DNA of 64,000 nt, from the NCBI GenBank assembly GCA_964526475.1, contig CAZGKF010000005.1, positions 5,270 to 69,269 on the forward strand, read 5' to 3'. This DNA comes from an uncultured Bacteroidaceae bacterium. Lineage in GTDB: Bacteria; Bacteroidota; Bacteroidia; Bacteroidales; GCA-2748055. The translations under genes and the position numbers were made by a program. The notes beneath the pieces are model-generated. The model was not told where the DNA came from. It saw only the letters and a program-made list of their open reading frames with translations, and searched no databases. This document shows positions 53,443 to 61,118 of this stretch, one piece after another; the first letter of the stretch is position 1, and each line of letters opens with the position of its first letter.

Positions 53443-55227
53443 ATGGAAGTTACAAGAACGTTTGATCTTCTGGAAAGGTATCTGGAATTATATTCTCACA
53501 AAGATGATGCTCTGGCCTGTAAGGTAAACGGAGAATGGGTAAAGTATTCTTCTCAGGAATATGTTGATTATTGTAATTATATCAGTTATGGCCTCATGGC
53601 TTTAGGCCTTAAGAAAGGCGACAAACTGGCAAATATTGCAAACAACAGACCTGAATGGTGTTTTATTGACCTGGCAGCAAGTCAGGCAGGCATTATTCAT
53701 GTTCCCATTTACCCCACAATTTCATCAGAAGAATATGAGTATATACTGAATCATGCAGAACCAAAACTAATTTTTCTTTCAGACAAAGGATTGTATTCCA
53801 AAATTAAACCCATAGCAGAAAGAGTTCCTGCTGTTGCAGATGTTTATACATATGATAATGTTGATGGCACAAAAAGCTGGAAGGAGATATTAGAACTTGG
53901 CAGAGCTAATGCTGAGAAATACAGGGAAGAATTACAAAAAATCAAAGATTCCATCAAACCCGAAGAACTGGTTACCTTACTTTACACATCAGGAACTACC
54001 GGATTCCCAAAAGGAGTGATGCTGAGCCATCAAAATCTGGTTACGAATTTTATTACAACTTCCAGGTGTCATGAGCTTGACCATCATCATAAAGTACTTT
54101 CCTTTCTCCCTCTAAGTCATGTATACGAACGCATGGTTAATTACCACTTTCAATATAAAGGACTGAGCGTTTACTTTGCAGAAAACATGGGGACTATAGT
54201 CCAGAACGTAAATGAGGTTAAGCCGGAAATATTTAATTCCGTACCCCGCCTTCTTGAAAAAGTTTATGATAAAATTATAGGTAAAGGCAAAGATTTGCCT
54301 TACATGAAAAAGCAGATCTTTTTCTGGGCAGTAAATCTGGGGTTTAAATACAAATATGAAGGTAACAGCCTTTATTACCGTATCAGGTTAAAGATTGCTG
54401 ATACTCTTATATTTAAAAAGTGGCGTGCAGCCCTCGGTGGAAACATAAGGTACATTGTTTCCGGAGGAGCAGCTCTTCAACCAAGACTTGCCCATATTTT
54501 CTGGGCAGCAGGAATAAAAGTAATGGAAGGCTATGGCCTCACAGAAACTGCTCCTGTTATTGCTGTAAACAACCCGCTTACAGGTGAAGTTATGTTTGGC
54601 ACTGTTGGTCCCGTAATTGAACAAGTTCAGGTTAAAATAGCAGAAGATGGAGAGATACTGGCAAAAGGGCCGAACATTATGTTAGGTTATTATAAAGATA
54701 CTGAATTAACTAAAGAAGTTATTGATAAGGATGGTTGGTTCCATACCGGTGATATTGGAGTGATTCTTGATAATAAGTTTTTGAAAATAACCGACCGTAA
54801 AAAGGAAATGTTCAAACTTTCCAGTGGCAAATATATTGCACCGCAGGTTATAGAAAACAGATTGAAGGAATCTTTCTTTATTGAAAACCTTATGGTAGTT
54901 GGTGAAAACCAGAAATTTGCAAGCGCGCTGATCTCTCCTAACTTCGAATTTCTGCATAACTGGGCAGGTATTCATGGAATAAAATTCCGTGATAACATGG
55001 AACTTATCAGTTTGCCCGTAGTAAATGCCCGTTACCAGAAAGAAGTGAATGAAATCAATAAATCTCTCAGTCAGCATGAGAATATAAAACGTTTTCGTCT
55101 TGTTGCTGATGAGTGGAGTCCGGTAACTGGCGAAATGTCACCAACTCTTAAACTTAAAAGAAAAATTATTCAGGAAAAATACAAGGATGTTCTGGAGGAG
55201 ATATATTCTATAGATAAAGAGGATTAA
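53443..55227 (+). CDS. Long-chain-fatty-acid--CoA ligase (AMP-forming acyl-CoA synthetase family)
   Basis: AMP-binding motif LLYTSGTTGFPKGVMLSH, then GYGLTETAP, WFHTGDIG and ITDRKKEMFKLSSGKYIAP. Confidence 0.85.
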   Translation: MEVTRTFDLLERYLELYSHKDDALACKVNGEWVKYSSQEYVDYCNYISYGLMALGLKKGDKLANIANNRPEWCFIDLAASQAGIIHVPIYPTISSEEYEYILNHAEPKLIFLSDKGLYSKIKPIAERVPAVADVYTYDNVDGTKSWKEILELGRANAEKYREELQKIKDSIKPEELVTLLYTSGTTGFPKGVMLSHQNLVTNFITTSRCHELDHHHKVLSFLPLSHVYERMVNYHFQYKGLSVYFAENMGTIVQNVNEVKPEIFNSVPRLLEKVYDKIIGKGKDLPYMKKQIFFWAVNLGFKYKYEGNSLYYRIRLKIADTLIFKKWRAALGGNIRYIVSGGAALQPRLAHIFWAAGIKVMEGYGLTETAPVIAVNNPLTGEVMFGTVGPVIEQVQVKIAEDGEILAKGPNIMLGYYKDTELTKEVIDKDGWFHTGDIGVILDNKFLKITDRKKEMFKLSSGKYIAPQVIENRLKESFFIENLMVVGENQKFASALISPNFEFLHNWAGIHGIKFRDNMELISLPVVNARYQKEVNEINKSLSQHENIKRFRLVADEWSPVTGEMSPTLKLKRKIIQEKYKDVLEEIYSIDKED

Positions 55228-55242
55228 GGGTTTAAAGAAGAA

Positions 55243-56688
55243 TTATTCCCTTTTTCTCAACATCCATAAACCTGCAAAGGTAAACAGCCCGTTTACTATA
55301 AGTAGTTCAAAACCGAATCTGTATCCATTGAAGAGTTCAATGGAATACATGTTCAGAAAATAACAAAAAACAGGAGAAAGTACTGCTACAATCGGAACCA
55401 TTTTGTCTTTTACTTTCCATCCTGTAAATAACCCGAATGAGAAAAGTCCGAGCAAAGGCCCATAGGTATATCCGGCCACTGTGAAAACAGCACTGATTAC
55501 ATTCTGATCATTTATTGCCCGGAAAAGTAAAATAATAAGTATGATAAGTGCCGAAATGAAAACATGACTGGTCTTACGTACTTTTGCAAGTTTTTGCTCC
55601 GTAAATTTCCTCCCATCAAGAATGTCAATAGTAAATGAAGTTGTCAGGGAAGTAAGCGCAGAGTCTGCACTGGAAAAAGCTGCTGCTATTAGTCCTACGA
55701 TAAATAGTATTCCAACAACAGGTGAGAGGTAGTTACCTGTGGCAATTAAAGGGAACAGATCGTCGCTGTTTTCCGGAACATTTATACCTTTCATCCCCGC
55801 ATAAATAAAAAGTAAAGCACCTGCAGAAAGAAAGATCAGGTTAACCGGTACAAGGGAAAGGCTCATCCAGTAAATATTCTTCTTTGCATCTTTTACATTT
55901 CTGCAGCTTAGATTCTTTTGCATCATATCCTGATCAAGTCCGGTCATCACAATTGCAATAAATACTCCGCTCAGAAACTGTTTTATAAAATGGTATTCGC
56001 TTCGCCAGTCTGCCCACTCAAATATTTTCGAATATCCACTTTCTGTTACTATATTAATAATTCCCTTACCATCAAGCCCCATCTCCCTCCCAATAAGCAG
56101 AATGGTTAATCCTACTGCCGATAGCATAAAAAAAGTCTGAAGGGTATCAGTCCATATTATTGTCTTTATCCCGGCCCTGAAGGTATAAAGCCATATTAAC
56201 ATGATAGTCCCCGTAACAGTAAGCCAGAAAGGAATGCCCAGGTTATTGAATACAGTAATATACAATACATTAGCTACCAGGAAAAGCCGAAAAGCAGAAC
56301 CTATAGATCTTGAAAGGAGAAAAAAGAATGCTCCGGTCTTGTATGAATAATTCCCAAAACGCTGACCGAGATAAGTGTAGATTGAGGTAAGAGCCAGACG
56401 GTAATACAATGGTATCAGCACATTGGCGATTACAAAATAGCCCAGGAGATACCCCAGGATCATTTGCATATACATAAACTGGCTGTCTTCCACCCAGCCG
56501 GGTACTGAAATAAAAGTCACACCGGATAAAGAAGCTCCTACCATGCCAAAAGCAACAACATACCAGGGCGATCTGCGGTTTCCCAGAAAAAAGGATTCAT
56601 TGTCAGCACCTCCGGAGGTAAGAAAAGACATCAATATCAGGATTGCAAAATATCCCAGAATTATTGATAATAAAAGATTAGCTGACAT
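55243..56688 (-). CDS. Sodium:solute symporter family transporter
   Basis: 481 aa and polytopic. The N-terminus has FFLGNRRSPWYVVAFGMVGASLSGVTFISVPG, typical of the SSF family. Confidence 0.8.
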   Translation of the reverse strand: MSANLLLSIILGYFAILILMSFLTSGGADNESFFLGNRRSPWYVVAFGMVGASLSGVTFISVPGWVEDSQFMYMQMILGYLLGYFVIANVLIPLYYRLALTSIYTYLGQRFGNYSYKTGAFFFLLSRSIGSAFRLFLVANVLYITVFNNLGIPFWLTVTGTIMLIWLYTFRAGIKTIIWTDTLQTFFMLSAVGLTILLIGREMGLDGKGIINIVTESGYSKIFEWADWRSEYHFIKQFLSGVFIAIVMTGLDQDMMQKNLSCRNVKDAKKNIYWMSLSLVPVNLIFLSAGALLFIYAGMKGINVPENSDDLFPLIATGNYLSPVVGILFIVGLIAAAFSSADSALTSLTTSFTIDILDGRKFTEQKLAKVRKTSHVFISALIILIILLFRAINDQNVISAVFTVAGYTYGPLLGLFSFGLFTGWKVKDKMVPIVAVLSPVFCYFLNMYSIELFNGYRFGFELLIVNGLFTFAGLWMLRKRE

Positions 56689-56874
56689 CCGGTCAAAACA
56701 TTAAGACATTTTTACAGGAAGATAAACAACATAAAGCTTGTATCCGACTTCTTTTATCTCCCGGCTATTTTCTTCCAACTCATGGTTTTTATAATAACTA
56801 TTACAAGAATACTAAAAAAAATTGCACATCACGAGATATGCAGTTAAATTTAAACGTTTTTTGATAACCATATT

Positions 56875-57498
56875 ATGAGCTATACACTTCCATCGAGATT
56901 ACTTGAGGATGCGGTTAATGAATTTTCAAAACTCCCGGGTATAGGGAATAAAACCGCACTCCGTCTGGTATTGCATTTATTAAGGCAATCGCCCGGGGAA
57001 TCAGAAGCCCTTGGGAATGCCATTATTAAATTAAGAGAGAAAATAAAATACTGCGAGGTATGTCATAACCTTTCAGATCATAGTATTTGTAATATTTGCA
57101 TGGATTTTGAACGAGACAAAGGAACTATTTGTGTTGTGGAAAATATCAGGGATGTTATGTCAATAGAAAACACAAGACAATACAAAGGTACCTACCATGT
57201 TCTGGGTGGGATCATTTCCCCCATGGATGGAATAGGACCTGCCGATATTACAGTAAACTCCCTGGAAAAAAAAGCACTGTCGGGTTCTGTAAAAGAAATT
57301 ATCCTGGCTCTGCCTACTACAATGGAAGGCGACACAACCTGTTTTTACATTTACCGTAAGATAAAAGATTCAGGGGTTCTTATTACTGCAATTGCCAGAG
57401 GAGTTTCAATCGGTGATGATCTTGAATATGCTGATGAGATTACACTCGGGCGATCAATAATAAACCGGCTCATGTTCGAAGATTCTTTAAAACTCTAG
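56875..57498 (+). CDS. recR: Recombination protein RecR
   Basis: [17 protein letters not shown] (HhH), a C4 zinc finger [13 protein letters not shown], and a Toprim region [14 protein letters not shown]. Confidence 0.95.
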   Translation: MSYTLPSRLLEDAVNEFSKLPGIGNKTALRLVLHLLRQSPGESEALGNAIIKLREKIKYCEVCHNLSDHSICNICMDFERDKGTICVVENIRDVMSIENTRQYKGTYHVLGGIISPMDGIGPADITVNSLEKKALSGSVKEIILALPTTMEGDTTCFYIYRKIKDSGVLITAIARGVSIGDDLEYADEITLGRSIINRLMFEDSLKL

Positions 57499-57586
57499 AT
57501 GACAAATAAAAATGGATATTTTTTCAAATTAATAATTAACAAAATATCCTACTTTTGTGTCATAAAAACCAATAGCATAAAAATAA

Positions 57587-58816
57587 ATGGAACTGAAAGA
57601 CAATATATGGATCATTGATGGTATTCCTGTTAAAGATATCGTGAGCAAATATGGCTCGCCCCTTTACATATACAGGGCATCAAAAATGCGGGAACAATAC
57701 AGGAAACTGACTGAAGCATTTAAAAATTGCGGAGTCAGGATACACTATGCAGCCAAAGCATTGACTAACATTAATGTTTTACATTTATTCAGAGAATTGG
57801 GAGCCGGCCTCGATGCAGTCTCCATTCAGGAAGTGTGGCTTGGCCTTAAAACCGGATACAAACCGGAGGACATTATATTTACCCCAAATTGCGTATCGAT
57901 GGAAGAAATTGAATCAGGGGTAAGAGAAAAAGTGAAAATCAATATCGATAATATCTCCATCCTCGAACAATTCGGCAATAAATACGGCGATACCATTCCG
58001 GTATGTGTAAGAATAAATCCGCATATCATGGCGGGGGGAAACAGTAAAATTTCTACCGGACACATAGATTCAAAATTTGGCATTTCCATTTACCAGATTC
58101 CTCATGTTCTGAGAATTCTTGAAACAACAGGCCTAAGAGCAGAAGGTTTGCATATGCACACAGGATCAGATATTCTCGACGTGGATGTTTTCCTTAAAGG
58201 AGTTGAAATCATTCTTGATACTGCATTGCATTTCAACGATCTTGACTATATTGACCTGGGTAGCGGGTTCAAGGTGGCTTACAAAACTGATGATATTTAT
58301 ACCGATATCGAATCCCTTGGAGAAACACTCTCCTCAAGGTTCAATATTTTTCGCACTAAATATGGGAAAAATATATCCCTTATTTTTGAACCGGGTAAAT
58401 TTCTGGTGAGCGAAGCAGGCATTTTTATTGCCAGGACAAATGTTATAAAACAAACAACATCCACCGTTTTTGCCGGGCTGGATACCGGTCTCAACCATCT
58501 TATTAGACCAATGTTCTATGATGCATACCATCATATTATCAATATTTCAAATCCTACAGGTAAAACCCGCATATACACAGTTGTTGGATATATCTGTGAA
58601 ACAGATACTTTTGGATGGAACAGGAAGATAAACGAGGTCGCTGAAGGAGACCTTTTAGCTTTCTTAAATGCCGGAGCCTATTGTTATTCCATGTCATCAA
58701 ATTATAATTCCAGATTCAGACCTGCTGAAGTAATGATTGACAACGGAAAAGATCAGCTTATAAGAAAACGTGAAGACATGGAAGATATTCTCCGGAATCA
58801 GATTATCCCGGAATAA
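57587..58816 (+). CDS. lysA: Diaminopimelate decarboxylase
   Basis: PLP-lysine region IHYAAKALTNINV, HMHTGSDI, IFEPGKFLVSEAG and GAYCYSMSSNYNSRFRPAEV. Confidence 0.9.
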   Translation: MELKDNIWIIDGIPVKDIVSKYGSPLYIYRASKMREQYRKLTEAFKNCGVRIHYAAKALTNINVLHLFRELGAGLDAVSIQEVWLGLKTGYKPEDIIFTPNCVSMEEIESGVREKVKINIDNISILEQFGNKYGDTIPVCVRINPHIMAGGNSKISTGHIDSKFGISIYQIPHVLRILETTGLRAEGLHMHTGSDILDVDVFLKGVEIILDTALHFNDLDYIDLGSGFKVAYKTDDIYTDIESLGETLSSRFNIFRTKYGKNISLIFEPGKFLVSEAGIFIARTNVIKQTTSTVFAGLDTGLNHLIRPMFYDAYHHIINISNPTGKTRIYTVVGYICETDTFGWNRKINEVAEGDLLAFLNAGAYCYSMSSNYNSRFRPAEVMIDNGKDQLIRKREDMEDILRNQIIPE

Positions 58817-58864
58817 AATATCTTGAAGTATATAATCTCAAAATCAAAGGCTTAGCTTCAAGAC

Positions 58865-60820
58865 ATGGAGCTTTCAGTTATCATAGTAAATTATAATGTC
58901 AGGTTTTTCCTTGAGCATTGTCTTCATTCAGTTTACACTGCATCAAAAAATCTTAAAGTGGAAGTTATTGTTGTTGATAATAACTCAAGCGATGGAGCAT
59001 GTCTTATGGTCAGGAAAAAATTTCCCGATGTAATACTTATTGAAAACAAAAAGAACCTCGGATTTAGTTGTGCCAATAATCAGGCTCTCCGCATTGCTAA
59101 AGGCAGATATTGTCTTTTATTAAACCCTGATACCGTTGTAGAAGAGAATACTTTTGAAAAATGCATTTGCTTTATGAATGAACATGAAGATGCAGGGGCT
59201 TTGGGGGTGAAAATGATCGACGGAAAAGGAAACTTTCTGCCTGAATCGAAAAGATCTTTACCAACTCCCTCCATTGCTTTCTTCAAAATATTTGGATTCT
59301 CGAGACTCTTTCCCCGTTCCGGATTATTCGGACGATATCATTTGGGCTTTCTGAAGAAGGATGAAATACATAAAATTGAAGTAATCTCAGGAGCATTTAT
59401 GTTTATTCGTAAAAAAGTACTGGAAAAAACGGGATTACTGGATGAAGACTTTTTTATGTATGGTGAAGATATTGATATCTCCTACAGAATTATAAAATCC
59501 GGTTATAACAATTATTATTTCCCGGATACAACTATCATTCACTTTAAAGGGGAAAGTACAAAAAAAGGGAGCCTCAACTATGTAATCCTATTTTACAAGG
59601 CAATGAAAATTTTTGCTGATAAACATTTTTCAAAAAATAATGCCAGTACTTTTTCACTGCTTATTAACATAGCTATTTTTTTTCGTGCATTATTATCAGT
59701 TATTAAAAGATTTGCACAAAACATTTACCCGGCACTGATCGATTCTGTGATAATATTTTCAGGTTTTCTTATTATTACCCCAATCTGGGAACAAATAAGG
59801 TACGGTTATAAAGGCTATCTGCCTGATTTCTTTTTTAATTATTTCATTCCTTCCTATATTCTAATTTGGATTGCATCCATTTATTTTTTAAGGGCTTATG
59901 AAAAACCAATAAAAATATGGAATGTCGTTAAAGCTTACCTGAGCGGGACCATCGTCATACTTATTTTCTATGCACTGTTACCTGAATATCTTCGCACCTC
60001 CCGGGGTATGATCCTGCTGGGAACAGCCTGGGGAATCACTATGCTTCCACTTTACCGTGTTTTATTGTCTTTTCTTAATATAAAAGATTATAAACCTGCC
60101 TCCGGATATAGAAGAATAATGATTGCAGGGGGAAAACAAGAGGTAAAAAGAGTAGCGGATATTATTGGCAGGACAAACCCGAAAGTTGAAATTACAGGGT
60201 TTATTTCCAATGAGATATGGGACGAAAAGTCAACTTTTATCAGTCCCGGTAACTTGAAAGAAGCAGTATTAATAAATAAAATTGATGAGATAATATTTTG
60301 TGCTGCAGATATACCTTCAAATGAGATTATAGCCCAAATGTCAGTTCTTTCGGGTATGTCTGTTGAGTTCAAGATTGCCCCACCTGGCAGTGGTTCAATA
60401 ATAGGCAGTAATTCTATTGAAATTTCACAGGATCTTTATCTCATATCTTTTAACTCCATTGGAAAAAGCATTAATAAACGAAACAAGAGGATATTTGATA
60501 TATTATCTTCCATGATTATTATTCTCGGTTTCCCCGTTTTTATGTTTATTTTCCCATCCTATTCAAGGATCTTTTTAAACTGCTTTAATGTTATTTTTGG
60601 CGGTTATACATGGATTGGCTATTGCAATACAAATAGTAAAGAAAAGCTCCCGCCACTGAAAAAAGCAATTTATTCACTTTCTGGCGGATTGCCTGCGCAT
60701 TCCGAAAACAAACCTTGTAAAAGGTTAAATTTGGAATATGCCGGTAATTATTATGTTTTTAGAGATTTCCAGGTATTGTGGAGAAGTTTGACAAAAAGTA
60801 ATCCGCACATTAATAATTAA
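58865..60820 (+). CDS. Family 2 glycosyltransferase fused to a polytopic membrane region and a degenerate sugar-transferase-like C-terminus
   Basis: The GT2 N-terminus has LSVIIVNYNVRFFLEHCL, VVDNNSSDG and NPDTVV. Several TM segments follow, then a segment RRIMIAGGKQEVKRVADII...IDEIIFCA, then KRIFDILSSMIIILGFPVFMF and NVIFGGYTWIGY. Confidence 0.8.
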   Translation: MELSVIIVNYNVRFFLEHCLHSVYTASKNLKVEVIVVDNNSSDGACLMVRKKFPDVILIENKKNLGFSCANNQALRIAKGRYCLLLNPDTVVEENTFEKCICFMNEHEDAGALGVKMIDGKGNFLPESKRSLPTPSIAFFKIFGFSRLFPRSGLFGRYHLGFLKKDEIHKIEVISGAFMFIRKKVLEKTGLLDEDFFMYGEDIDISYRIIKSGYNNYYFPDTTIIHFKGESTKKGSLNYVILFYKAMKIFADKHFSKNNASTFSLLINIAIFFRALLSVIKRFAQNIYPALIDSVIIFSGFLIITPIWEQIRYGYKGYLPDFFFNYFIPSYILIWIASIYFLRAYEKPIKIWNVVKAYLSGTIVILIFYALLPEYLRTSRGMILLGTAWGITMLPLYRVLLSFLNIKDYKPASGYRRIMIAGGKQEVKRVADIIGRTNPKVEITGFISNEIWDEKSTFISPGNLKEAVLINKIDEIIFCAADIPSNEIIAQMSVLSGMSVEFKIAPPGSGSIIGSNSIEISQDLYLISFNSIGKSINKRNKRIFDILSSMIIILGFPVFMFIFPSYSRIFLNCFNVIFGGYTWIGYCNTNSKEKLPPLKKAIYSLSGGLPAHSENKPCKRLNLEYAGNYYVFRDFQVLWRSLTKSNPHINN

Positions 60821-61118
60821 ACTAAAGTTTCGCAGATGCTCAACTTGTCAGAAAATGAAAAAGAACCTTTAAAGCGGCTGCATAACAATTCTAATTAAAA
60901 CAAATTCAAGCAATATTTACGGTTATTCAAATTAATCTGCCAAATACTTTATTTCATTAGGATTTATAAGGTGTCAATCAAAATGTTTAAAAAATGTTCT
61001 TATATCCGGTCCAAACACATCATTTATACCTGATTATTTAGTAAATTTGTTTGATCTAGATAAGAAGTTTTTTTCTATCTTATAACTTTCTAACATATTC
61101 AGGCATTATATGAGAAAA

